From the NCBI GenBank assembly GCA_947053345.1, contig CAMRSM010000006.1, positions 83,370 to 115,369 of the forward strand: a stretch of DNA of 32,000 nt, in the 5' to 3' direction. The translations under genes and the position numbers were made by a program. The stretch is from an uncultured Lachnospiraceae bacterium (lineage in GTDB: Bacteria; Bacillota; Clostridia; Lachnospirales; Lachnospiraceae). The notes beneath the pieces were generated by a model. That model did no database searches and was not told the origin of the DNA. It saw nothing but the letters and a program-made list of their open reading frames with translations. The number at the start of each line of letters is the position of its first letter. The stretch's first letter is position 1. Of this stretch, positions 16,604 to 25,272 are shown one piece after another.

Positions 16604-17767
16604 TCACCACGAAATCCCATGCTCCCCGGCGATCTTCCCCACCAGATCCGCATACGCGCTGTTCCCCTCCGCGATCTGGGAGAGCTCCTCCCGGCACATC
16701 GCAAGCTGCTCATTGTTAAATTCCAGCCGCTCCCGGATCTTCTGCCTGCGGATGTTCAGATGGTGGCGCACTTCCACCATCTCCTTCTCGTCAAGCAAAG
16801 CCTCCGCCTGATAGAGCCAGATCTCCGCGTCCTTGACCTCCTCTTCCAAAAGCGCGTCCATCAGCTCCCGGTTGTAATGCTCCAAAAGCTCCGTGCTTTT
16901 TTTATAGCGCCGCTCCTCATCCTTCGTATGCACATATTTCTCCCAGACTGCCGTCAGTTCCCGGTAGCTTTCCACCTGATATTTCTCGTAAGCATAATCC
17001 AGCGCGTTCGTGCAGTTCACCAGCTTAATCTTGACTTTATTTGTCAGCTGGATCACCCGGTTTAACTTGTAATCCGACTCATGCAGCACCCTGCCGCAGC
17101 GCCCTGCCGCAGCCGTGATATACGCCACGGTTCCCGCCGCAAGGGCAAGCACCAGAAGCATTGGAAGGAGCATGTCCGTCCCGGTGATCATATTCATCGC
17201 CAAAAGCGTCAGGAACAAAAATACGACCAAAAAACCTGCCCCGAAAGCCAGGTTCCTCAAAAAAATCTTCTTGTCCGCCGCGGATTCCTTTTCGTACTCG
17301 ATGACCGCGCGCTCCCCGTCCAGCTGCCTTAAATCCGAATGGATCATCTCGCGGTACTGCTCCTGCTCATAAATATTTTTCAGCGCGTCCGGTATTTCCC
17401 GCTCATAACGCTCCATCGCGCGGTACTGCTGCACCGGTACGCGGTCACTGCTGTTTTGGTATTTCACACGCTCCTTTGTCAGGTTGATGATGTTGCGCGC
17501 CGCGTCATTTAAATTCTGGCGGGCGGCAGGATCCATGCGCTCAATCTTCTGCATATCCGTAAGGTAGGAGGTCACCGCCTCGTACTCTCTCTGCGAGATG
17601 CCGGCCTGCCGTCCGAGCTCTTCCATCTGCTCACAGACCACCCCGACGATCTGTGCCGCCTCCTCCCTGCTAAGCCCTTTTTTACTGCGCTTTAACTGGC
17701 GCAGCGCCTCCTTCGCATTAAGAGCCTGCTCTTCCTGCTGCTGTTTTCTTTTTCGCCTTCTCATCAC
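16604..17767 (-). CDS. Hypothetical coiled-coil membrane protein with a central two-TM hairpin (gene 4 of the operon)
   Basis: 387 aa with a basic N-terminus (MMRRRKRKQQQ). Two hydrophobic helices are FGAGFLVVFLFLTLLAMNMI and LLPMLLVLALAAGTVAYITAAA, flanked by charged helical regions. RBS AGGAGG lies 5 nt upstream of the ATG. Confidence 0.75.
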   Translation of the reverse strand: MMRRRKRKQQQEEQALNAKEALRQLKRSKKGLSREEAAQIVGVVCEQMEELGRQAGISQREYEAVTSYLTDMQKIERMDPAARQNLNDAARNIINLTKERVKYQNSSDRVPVQQYRAMERYEREIPDALKNIYEQEQYREMIHSDLRQLDGERAVIEYEKESAADKKIFLRNLAFGAGFLVVFLFLTLLAMNMITGTDMLLPMLLVLALAAGTVAYITAAAGRCGRVLHESDYKLNRVIQLTNKVKIKLVNCTNALDYAYEKYQVESYRELTAVWEKYVHTKDEERRYKKSTELLEHYNRELMDALLEEEVKDAEIWLYQAEALLDEKEMVEVRHHLNIRRQKIRERLEFNNEQLAMCREELSQIAEGNSAYADLVGKIAGEHGISW

Positions 17768-17909
17768 AGCCTCCTATTTTGAGTCCCGCTGACTTCCCTG
17801 CCCGGCACCCCTACCGTGGAAGGGCTTTCCTTCGCCCTGCCCCTGAACCCTCTTTTGGTGCCGTCACGGGATTTTGCTGTTTTACGCGCCGTGCTAAAAT
17901 CCACATGTC

Positions 17910-18746
17910 TTACCCCGCCACCTTCCGGTACTTCTCCTTCAAACGCTCCAAAAGCGCGTCCATGCACTGATAATATTCCGCGATCCGCCCTTCCTCATGC
18001 AGCTTTTTCAGCCGTTCAAGCTCTTGAAATTCCCCCGTCTGTTCCGCGGCATTCCTCGCGGCATAAACCTCCTGCGCCACCTGTGCCGTCACCTCGCTGC
18101 GGGGCATCAGGGCTTTCAATTCCTGATCCATCCGCTCCTTCTGCCCGGAGAGCGTAAGTGCTATAAAATACTGCCGCAGTGTATCGTCAGCGCCGTTGCG
18201 CTCGTACGCATCCCGGAAATATTCCACCGCCTGGCTGATATTCCCGGCATGCATCTTCACCACACCAACGTTGTGCAAAAGGTCACCAAAGACATCGCCC
18301 GGAAGCTCCGCCAATCCCCCGGAAAGTAAGATCTCCTGGTACATCGCACCGGCCTCGCGCTCCCTGCCTTCCTCCCAGAGCTTGTCCGCCTTCCATTTTT
18401 TTCTCTCCAAAGGGCTCTTCGCATAAAACGCGTCGTAATCCTTCAAAAACGCTTTGATCTCCTGCGCGTCATAATAATCCGCACTGCAAAAACACGCGAC
18501 CATCACATCCTTCGCACCCGCGCGCGCATCGACAAGATGGCGCAGGTACTCCGCACGCTCGCCAAGCCCGAGCTCCTGACCGATGAAACGGATAAACTCC
18601 TCGGAATAAAGCTCCTCCTGAATCTCAAAGGCATTGTGGTAGAGGACATGACAAAGCTCCTCAATGCTCGAAACCCGGTCGCCGGTCGCCGCAAAAACAT
18701 AAGGCCGCCCTGCCTCCCTCCCCGCACAAAGTATCACCCTTCCCAT
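17910..18746 (-). CDS. Hypothetical helical (TPR-like) protein (gene 3 of the operon)
   Basis: Start was chosen at MGRVILCAG (ATG 18744-18746), 31 nt after the upstream stop. The longer track ORF overlaps the preceding gene. Helical repeat-like segments include AGAMYQEILLSGG and ISQAVEYFRDAYERNG. No family is recognised. Confidence 0.7.
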   Translation of the reverse strand: MGRVILCAGREAGRPYVFAATGDRVSSIEELCHVLYHNAFEIQEELYSEEFIRFIGQELGLGERAEYLRHLVDARAGAKDVMVACFCSADYYDAQEIKAFLKDYDAFYAKSPLERKKWKADKLWEEGREREAGAMYQEILLSGGLAELPGDVFGDLLHNVGVVKMHAGNISQAVEYFRDAYERNGADDTLRQYFIALTLSGQKERMDQELKALMPRSEVTAQVAQEVYAARNAAEQTGEFQELERLKKLHEEGRIAEYYQCMDALLERLKEKYRKVAG

Positions 18747-18777
18747 GTCTTTCCCCTGCCTTTCCGTATCATTTCCG

Positions 18778-20031
18778 TTACAATATCTGTTCCCAGATGC
18801 GGTGCGTCGTCCCTGCCCTGCCAAAACCGCTATCCCGAAGCTGCACCACCGGCGTGTCCCTGTCCACATAAAAAAGCCTGAGCTCCAAACGTACCGTTTT
18901 ATTTTCACGCTGCATCAGATGGTCAAGGATCATGACCTCATGCAAAGGTTCACGCCGCATGACATGGTCAACCAAAAATTCCACCTCGCTCGTATCATCA
19001 AGAACCAAGCGCAGCGACCGCTTCACCGTGCGGTAATCGCTCCCCGCCTCGGAGAGCAGGAAATACTGTTCCTTCGCATCATGGTACGCCTTGACCATAA
19101 TGTCCTCTCGCGTCATATTCTCCCCGAGAAATAAGCAGTCCTGCCCCTCAATGTGCATATGCGCCGCATAACAGGCTCCCCGCGCAAAGAGATTCTGCCC
19201 GTAAAATACTCTTCTGCCATCGCATAGTTTCTGCAGTGCCCCCATCACCCAGCCATCCAAGAAACCGGAACCCGTCACAAAAACCGAGGTAACCGGCTGG
19301 TTCGCAAGCTGCTGCTGCACCATATTGTAAAACCAGTATGCCCGGCGTTCCGCTTCCTCCCTGCATATCCCGCCGCCAAAATATTCTTCCGTCAGATCCC
19401 CATGTTTTGACATGACCGAAAGCGGCTCACGTTTTCTCGAAAAATACACGCGGTCATAATAAAAATATTCATCACCACACTCAAACAGAATGGTATCATT
19501 TTTCCAGAGTTCCTGCCGCATATTGACAATGTAGCGCATAAAGCATTCGGTGTGCGACAAGAGCAAAACCCTCTCCCTGCCGACACCCAGCCGCGCCAAA
19601 ATGTCCGTGAGCACACCACCCGCCGCAAGTGCCCCCTCCGGAAGCGTAACCGCGAGCATGGTGACGGCACTGCCACCCTGCTGCCCCATCAGGGCAAGGA
19701 TCCTCCTCAAATATTCCTCCATCAGAAATTCCGCGCGGTACGTCTCCCCTCCCAACGAGAGCTCCTCCCCGGAGAGCAGCCGCCTTAAAAGCCCGTACGC
19801 GCCAAGTGCCTCCCCCCTTGCAACAACGCGCGCCGCCTCCTTCCCGTAGAGCCATTCCCCGTCCGCAGTGCGCCTTGCAAGCACGACCGGCATCGAAAGT
19901 TCCTGCCCGTCCCTGTCGCAGCACACCGGTTCCGGTTCATTTTTCCCGGCATTGTAGCGGCTGATCAGTGCTGACTCCCAGCCCAGGTCCAACCCGTAAC
20001 AAAACACCTCTTCCAACTCTGTCTTCTCCAT
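18778..20031 (-). CDS. Divergent Hsp70/actin-fold (ASKHA-like) protein with degenerate nucleotide-binding motifs (gene 2 of the operon)
   Basis: Order and spacing of YGLDLGWES (compare DnaK IGIDLGTTNS), AVTLPEG (ITVPAYF), VLLLSHTECFMRY (LRIINEPTAAALAY), ILFECGDEYFYYD (in place of LVFDLGGGTFD) and VFVTGSGFLDGWV (VLLVGGSTRIP). A C-terminal beta-rich domain follows. Confidence 0.8.
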   Translation of the reverse strand: MEKTELEEVFCYGLDLGWESALISRYNAGKNEPEPVCCDRDGQELSMPVVLARRTADGEWLYGKEAARVVARGEALGAYGLLRRLLSGEELSLGGETYRAEFLMEEYLRRILALMGQQGGSAVTMLAVTLPEGALAAGGVLTDILARLGVGRERVLLLSHTECFMRYIVNMRQELWKNDTILFECGDEYFYYDRVYFSRKREPLSVMSKHGDLTEEYFGGGICREEAERRAYWFYNMVQQQLANQPVTSVFVTGSGFLDGWVMGALQKLCDGRRVFYGQNLFARGACYAAHMHIEGQDCLFLGENMTREDIMVKAYHDAKEQYFLLSEAGSDYRTVKRSLRLVLDDTSEVEFLVDHVMRREPLHEVMILDHLMQRENKTVRLELRLFYVDRDTPVVQLRDSGFGRAGTTHRIWEQIL

Positions 20032-20049
20032 TTCTTCCGTCCTGCTGCC

Positions 20050-23000
20050 TTACCTGCGCCCGTTGCGGATCCGGAACAGATGATCCGCCTCGTAATCCGT
20101 CCGGATATAATTTTCAAGCAGCTTCATCACAGCCTCGTCATCCTGCATCTGGCGCGCCGCAAGAATCAGGTTCAGTATATCGTAACGGCTTTTCCCGTCG
20201 TGCACCACATCGTCCGCCGACACTGCCGCCGTGCTCTCCGTGATCACCGTCTGCCCGTCCGCCTCCTCCGCTATGTAATACTGCATACTTTCCTCCCGGA
20301 ACAAAACAAAACCCGCAGTAAATATTCCATGACAGATATTTTTCATCTCGCGCTCCGAAAACTGCTCCTGATCCCCAATGCGGTAATGCAGCACGACCCG
20401 GTGCGACGGATCCGTGTGATATTCCACAAAAGTCTTGTCGTACAACTCCTCCGGCAGCTGCACAAAATCCTCAAACCGCCGGAAAAACGGGAGCAGGATG
20501 CCTTTTTTTAAGATGCCGGAAAGCTTGTACTCAAGAAATTTTTTCTGCCGTTCCGAAAGCCCCTCCTCCTGCGCATAATGTTTTAAAAGGGCCAGCGTGC
20601 AGATGTCATTTTCCTCCAGTGAGACTTCCCGCTCCATCAGCTCGAAGACCTCCGGTGAAATCATCCGGTCATTCAGCAGGAATTTATATGCATAGTAATT
20701 TAAGAATGCCCGGATCAATTTCCGGTTTGTGCCGTAGCGGTAATAACTCATAAATACGCCCTGCGCGTTCCCGGTACAGCTCTCGGAAAACAAGATCTGC
20801 CCCAGCAGGCTCTCTTCCAGGCTTTCCGTATCAAGTTCTTCCGCGTGCGCCGTCTTCCAGAGCGCGTACATCCCCTCGGTCGAACCGTGATAAAATCGGC
20901 ACAGGTAAGAAAGCAATTCCTTGTCACAGCGCCCGCACTCAAAAACATAATATGCCAGAAACAGCAAAAACGGATCCGCCTCCGGCTGCTCTGCCGCCTC
21001 GAGGCAGCGCAGTGCCAGCTTATTCAGCCACTTTACCTCAATCTCCTCCGTGCCGAAACATTGCAGGGCTTCCCTCGCGCGCCCGTCAAAACCGCGCATA
21101 ATAAAAAAATGAATGATGCGCGCCCGCTCCTTTTTTGTAAATTTTTCAAGCCGGATCTTCCGCAGGTAATGCTCAAACAGATCCCCTTCATAATTTTCGT
21201 AATAATACTCCATCAAAAAGCGGACGCAGGATTCCCGTTCTTCCTCGGATACCGCTGCATTTTCCGCCAGAAGCCTGCTCAGTTCTTCCGGCTGGCTGCC
21301 GTATTTTTGGTATTTGTTCTCCTCCTCTTTCAGATGCAGCAAAAGCGGCAGCTGTGTACAGCCGTCATCATAGCATGCCTGCAGGTTCTGCTCCTGAAAA
21401 ACAAGCGGTTCCACGGTTACATGGACATCGCCCGAACGGCTGCTCTTTAAATTGACCGCCGGATAGCAGGCTCCCTCCCCATCGACCAAAAAGACCTCCG
21501 CATCCTCGGTGTAGAGCATGATCACTGCCTCCCCGCGCACGACCGGCACATACGAGGGTTCCTCCTGCCCCGGATGGAACACTGCCACACGCGCAAATCT
21601 GCCCTGCTTTACCGAGAGCTTATGCGCGAACGCAACTTTCGGCAGGCAGGCGAGTGCCTCCTTCGGCATACCGTCCCGGTATACCTCGTTATAGATGAGC
21701 GCAAGGGAATCATTCACCGCCCCCTTCGCGATCTGCTCCCCCGCAAACGCCTCCATACCCTGCCGGTATTTCGGGTACAGTGCCGCATGCTCCGACTTAT
21801 GGCGGATCAGATCCGCATACAGCATCGCCTTTTTCCGGTCACTCAATTCGCAGCGGTAGGAAAAATATAGGAAGATGTTTGGATGGATCGGCTCCTTCTC
21901 CTCTTCCCCGCGGCAATACATATAATATTCCGGAAGCTGTGCGATTTTTAACTGGCGTGTGACCGCCCGGTGAAACCATATGTAATCGCGCGCTTCCCTG
22001 CGCCCGCTCCGTATGATCAGCGCGCACACCGCGCCAAGCAGCTCATCGTCCGGCCTGTTATGATAACAGCGCCCGAGCACCTGATACAAAAGCGGCCTAA
22101 TCCCCTTCTCCCGCTGGGCCAGATATACCACCCGGCGCGCCAGCTCCGCGTCCACACAGCCGTTGGATAGCGCCAGCTTTAACACATGCAGTTCAAATCC
22201 TCCAAGTTCTTTTAGCAGCGAGGCATCTTTGCGCAGGATACGCACCGCTTCCGCGAGCAGAAGCACATGATAGCCGTACTCCGCAGTAAATTCCCGTATC
22301 GCAAAAAACCTGTGGGCATTGTCCCTGTACTCCCCGTCAAGCAGGATAAGGCAGCGGAAAAGTTCGGGATTTTCAGGATTTTCACGGTACAATCCACGGA
22401 TTTTCTCCACGGCGGTCTTCTCGGACATCCGCTCCTTCTTCTGTATCGCCTGAAGGTAATAGAATGTACCGAGCAGTCCGGCATCCCCGGCAAATTCCTT
22501 CTCCCCAAGCAGCGAAATCCCCTCCTTCACAGCAGCATCCTTGCCTGCAAGCTGCCAGAAATATAGCTGGCAGAGCTTTCCCGCGTATCCGTCCCTCTGC
22601 GTCCCCTCCGCTCCGCGCAGGCGTAAAAGCGGCTCCTTTGCCTGTTCCGCGCAATGTTTTGCGTTCCCGTCCGCGCAATAATAGGCAAGGAATATCCGGA
22701 ACAGCTCACAGACCGCCCTCTTCCCCGCCTGCCTCTGCCGCCGCTGTTCCGCCCTGCGGTGCGGAACCACACATGTCAGCCGCGCGGCAAGTTCCTTTTT
22801 CGGAGTCAGCACACGGATCTTCGTTTCCCTTTTTCCCGCCGGGACATCCTGTACACGGACGATGAAATCAACCACGAGCCGGTCGTCCACAAAATCCCCC
22901 GCCGAAAAAGACGTTCTTGAGAGCTGGATGAAACCGGCATCGCATGCGATCTCGCCCTCCACATAACCCCAGCCGCTCTTGCATACGACAAGCTGATCCT

Positions 23001-23751
23001 GAAAATTATAGCCGCCCGCCTCATACGAAAACTCCGTTTTTTCAAGCCGCAGGTCAACCGCCGCCTTTTTTCCTGTCGCGATCAAAAACTCCTCCACCGC
23101 CTGCCCCTTACGCCCCGTCAAGGCCAGGACCCGGTGCAAAAGTTCATAGCGCTTATCATGGTAAAAAATCACGCGCGCAAAATCCCTGCCAAAAAATAAA
23201 GCTTCCGCCATGTCCGGATCTGCCTTTGCCAGACTTGCAAACTGAAACAGGTCGCGGACACTCTCCTCCCCTGCCGCAAGCGCCGGATAGTGAACCTGCA
23301 CCTCGTATGGCAGATTCTCTTCCCCCGCATCCGTCACAAAAACCAGCTTCCCCTCATAGCGGTCACCTGCACCCGCATGTTCCGCATGGAAAACAAAGGG
23401 AATCACGAACTCCTCCCCCACAAACTGTTCCTTCGGCAAAGCAAACAGCAGGCTGTCCGGAAAGATCACACCCTTCATCCTGCGACCCGCGTCATTCGTC
23501 ACGCGGATACTTCCCTCATACGCCCGCCCCGCCTCCGTGTGGATCAGCAGTTTCTCCGGCTCAATGCACAGCCTCGGCATCTGGTATTCAAACTTTTCTT
23601 TCGCTAACTGCCCGATTTTCTCTTTCAACCGATACACTCCCCGATCTTTCGTTTTCAGGCTTCCCCCTCTTTTCCTGTCCCGCTGCCGCGGCAGGATTTC
23701 TGCCTGTAAATATCCACTGTCTAGTATAACGTAATCATAGTCCAAAATCAA
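20050..23751 (-). CDS. Giant (about 1233 aa) hypothetical protein: two N-terminal beta-sandwich-like modules plus a long helical-repeat body (gene 1 of the operon)
   Basis: Uninterrupted 3.7-kb ORF with coding-like composition. The track start is TTG at 23749-23751 behind AGGAAG (8-nt spacing). The first in-frame ATG is codon 58 (MPRLCIEPEKL) and lacks a good RBS. No catalytic motif is recognised. Confidence 0.85.
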   Translation of the reverse strand: MILDYDYVILDSGYLQAEILPRQRDRKRGGSLKTKDRGVYRLKEKIGQLAKEKFEYQMPRLCIEPEKLLIHTEAGRAYEGSIRVTNDAGRRMKGVIFPDSLLFALPKEQFVGEEFVIPFVFHAEHAGAGDRYEGKLVFVTDAGEENLPYEVQVHYPALAAGEESVRDLFQFASLAKADPDMAEALFFGRDFARVIFYHDKRYELLHRVLALTGRKGQAVEEFLIATGKKAAVDLRLEKTEFSYEAGGYNFQDQLVVCKSGWGYVEGEIACDAGFIQLSRTSFSAGDFVDDRLVVDFIVRVQDVPAGKRETKIRVLTPKKELAARLTCVVPHRRAEQRRQRQAGKRAVCELFRIFLAYYCADGNAKHCAEQAKEPLLRLRGAEGTQRDGYAGKLCQLYFWQLAGKDAAVKEGISLLGEKEFAGDAGLLGTFYYLQAIQKKERMSEKTAVEKIRGLYRENPENPELFRCLILLDGEYRDNAHRFFAIREFTAEYGYHVLLLAEAVRILRKDASLLKELGGFELHVLKLALSNGCVDAELARRVVYLAQREKGIRPLLYQVLGRCYHNRPDDELLGAVCALIIRSGRREARDYIWFHRAVTRQLKIAQLPEYYMYCRGEEEKEPIHPNIFLYFSYRCELSDRKKAMLYADLIRHKSEHAALYPKYRQGMEAFAGEQIAKGAVNDSLALIYNEVYRDGMPKEALACLPKVAFAHKLSVKQGRFARVAVFHPGQEEPSYVPVVRGEAVIMLYTEDAEVFLVDGEGACYPAVNLKSSRSGDVHVTVEPLVFQEQNLQACYDDGCTQLPLLLHLKEEENKYQKYGSQPEELSRLLAENAAVSEEERESCVRFLMEYYYENYEGDLFEHYLRKIRLEKFTKKERARIIHFFIMRGFDGRAREALQCFGTEEIEVKWLNKLALRCLEAAEQPEADPFLLFLAYYVFECGRCDKELLSYLCRFYHGSTEGMYALWKTAHAEELDTESLEESLLGQILFSESCTGNAQGVFMSYYRYGTNRKLIRAFLNYYAYKFLLNDRMISPEVFELMEREVSLEENDICTLALLKHYAQEEGLSERQKKFLEYKLSGILKKGILLPFFRRFEDFVQLPEELYDKTFVEYHTDPSHRVVLHYRIGDQEQFSEREMKNICHGIFTAGFVLFREESMQYYIAEEADGQTVITESTAAVSADDVVHDGKSRYDILNLILAARQMQDDEAVMKLLENYIRTDYEADHLFRIRNGRR

Positions 23752-23804
23752 GCCGTTTTCTTCCTGCCGCGCAAAAATACCGGGGAAAAATTGCGGCTGC
23801 CACC

Positions 23805-23833
23805 TTGAAAATCCCTGACATCCGATGTATACT
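23805..23833 (+). promoter_or_regulatory. Sigma-A-type promoter candidate for the ferredoxin/FrhB-like pair
   Basis: TTGAAA (23805-23810), a 17-nt spacer, then TATACT (23828-23833). Confidence 0.5.
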
Positions 23834-23909
23834 GTTACAGAAAAACTTTATACTATCAGGAAACGATAAGCAAACTTCATGCGCAAAATGCGCGGAAACG
23901 GGGGTCAAA

Positions 23910-24149
23910 ATGCAAACAAGTCCCAGTCAGGACAAGGAGCTGCCGGTGCTCTTCGAAAAGCGCAAAAACTGCTGCGGCTGCTCCGCCTGCTACGCGGTCT
24001 GCCCAGCCAGGGCAATCCGCATGCAGCCAAACAAGGCGGGCTTTTCCTATCCAGTCATAGATAAGCAGAAATGTATCCGCTGCTATAAATGCCTTTCGGT
24101 CTGCGCATTCAAAACAGACCAGAAGAAAAAAGGATATCTCAAATCATAG
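23910..24149 (+). CDS. Small 2x[4Fe-4S] ferredoxin-domain protein
   Basis: Two cluster motifs: CCGCSACYAVCP (CxxCxxCxxxCP) and CIRCYKCLSVC (CxxCxxCxxxC). Start was chosen at MQTSPSQ (ATG 23910). The upstream part of the track ORF overlaps the promoter. Confidence 0.75.
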   Translation: MQTSPSQDKELPVLFEKRKNCCGCSACYAVCPARAIRMQPNKAGFSYPVIDKQKCIRCYKCLSVCAFKTDQKKKGYLKS

Positions 24150-24164
24150 GGAAAAGAGGCTAAT

Positions 24165-25199
24165 ATGGATCAACCAATCGTATACGCGGTAAAACATAAA
24201 AATGTGGATGTGCGCATGGCATCCCGCTCCGGCGGGATCTTCACGGCAGTCTCCGACGCGGTTCTTGAGAAGGGCGGCACTGTCTACGGGTGCATCCTAA
24301 GAGACGGGGTAAACGCCGTCCATATCCGGGCCATTTCCAAGGAGGAGCGCGACCGTATGCACGGCTCCAAATATATCCAGAGCAACATGGGGGACACTTT
24401 CCTGCAGGTGCGGGAAGATCTCGCCGCAGGCCGCAAGGTTTTATTCTCCGGTACATCCTGCCAGGTCGCAGGTTTGAAAGCGTTTCTTGGAAAAGATTAC
24501 GGGGGGCAGCTTTTCTGCCTGGACATCCTCTGCCACGGCGTACCAAGCCCGCTCGTATGGAAAAAGTATGTGCAGTGGCAGGAGGGACACTACGGCGGGA
24601 CGTGCGTGGACGCGGATTTCCGCAACAAAAAAGATTTCGGCTGGGACGAGCATGTTGAAACGCTCACGCTCCAAAAACCCGACGGCACGACGGAAACGGT
24701 CCACAGTAAAATTTTCCGCAACTTGTTCTACTCCCACAAGATCATCCGGGAAAGCTGCTATTACTGCCCATACAAGGACATCACACACCCAAGTGACATG
24801 ACCATCGGGGATTTCTGGCGGGTTGAGAAGGCGGTGTCCGGCTTTGACGACAATATGGGGGTCTCCCTCGTCCTGGTCAATACGGAACACGCAAAAGATA
24901 TGTTCGATACCGTGAAGAAAAACCTGGAGTTTTTCCCCTGCCGCATCGAGGACAGCATGCAGACCCCGCTGAAAAAACCTTTCCGGCGGCCGGAGGGGCG
25001 CGACGAATTCTGGCGGGATTTCCGGGAACAGCCGTTTGACTTCATCGCTAATAAATACGGGCACTACAGCCGGGAAAACGAACAGCGCCTCTTACGCATC
25101 GCAAAAGAGCACGCCGCCGCACCCAAAAAGCATTTTATGGGCGGATTCTTTGCAGGTCTGAAAAAGCAATTCGGGTATTCGGGGAATCGGCAGAAATAA
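24165..25199 (+). CDS. Coenzyme F420 hydrogenase/dehydrogenase beta-subunit-like (FrhB/FdhB family) protein
   Basis: Typical N-terminal block VYAVKHKN...ASRSGGIFTAVSDAVLEKGGTVYGC and C-terminal-domain block VLFSGTSCQVAGLKAFLGKDYGGQLFCLDILCHGVPSP. RBS AAGAGG lies 5 nt upstream of the ATG. Confidence 0.85.
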   Translation: MDQPIVYAVKHKNVDVRMASRSGGIFTAVSDAVLEKGGTVYGCILRDGVNAVHIRAISKEERDRMHGSKYIQSNMGDTFLQVREDLAAGRKVLFSGTSCQVAGLKAFLGKDYGGQLFCLDILCHGVPSPLVWKKYVQWQEGHYGGTCVDADFRNKKDFGWDEHVETLTLQKPDGTTETVHSKIFRNLFYSHKIIRESCYYCPYKDITHPSDMTIGDFWRVEKAVSGFDDNMGVSLVLVNTEHAKDMFDTVKKNLEFFPCRIEDSMQTPLKKPFRRPEGRDEFWRDFREQPFDFIANKYGHYSRENEQRLLRIAKEHAAAPKKHFMGGFFAGLKKQFGYSGNRQK

Positions 25200-25272
25200 G
25201 GGCTGCATGACAGAGGCTATGTTCCTGAAAATCCCCTGCATTTCCCGTTGAACCTGCTGTTGACAAAAGACA

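Noticed and set aside
18747-18908. N-terminal 54 codons of the 332-aa track ORF
   Set aside because: It overlaps the end of the Hsp70-like gene in another frame and reads as low-complexity sequence (MKIKRYVWSSGFFMWTGTRRW...). MGRVILCAG at 18746 gives a normal 31-nt intergenic gap.
22944-23729. 261-aa plus-strand ORF, and many similar long antisense ORFs (for example 6698..7444, 10148..10810, 11324..11878, 12005..12535, 20845..21450, 24441..25064)
   Set aside because: These are typical shadow ORFs of high-GC coding regions. They have Pro/Arg/Ser-rich translations, no motifs and no RBS, and each lies fully inside a strongly supported gene on the opposite strand.
2464-24149. Two conserved proteins interrupted by in-frame stops (TAA at 2464-2466, TAG at 24147-24149): possible stop-codon reassignment?
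   Set aside because: All three stop codons terminate well-conserved proteins at their expected lengths in this same window: TAG ends the MCP, TAA ends pepF and the FapA gene, and TGA ends valS and the SBP fragment. Local causes (nonsense mutation, sequencing error, or a natural split gene) are far more likely than recoding.
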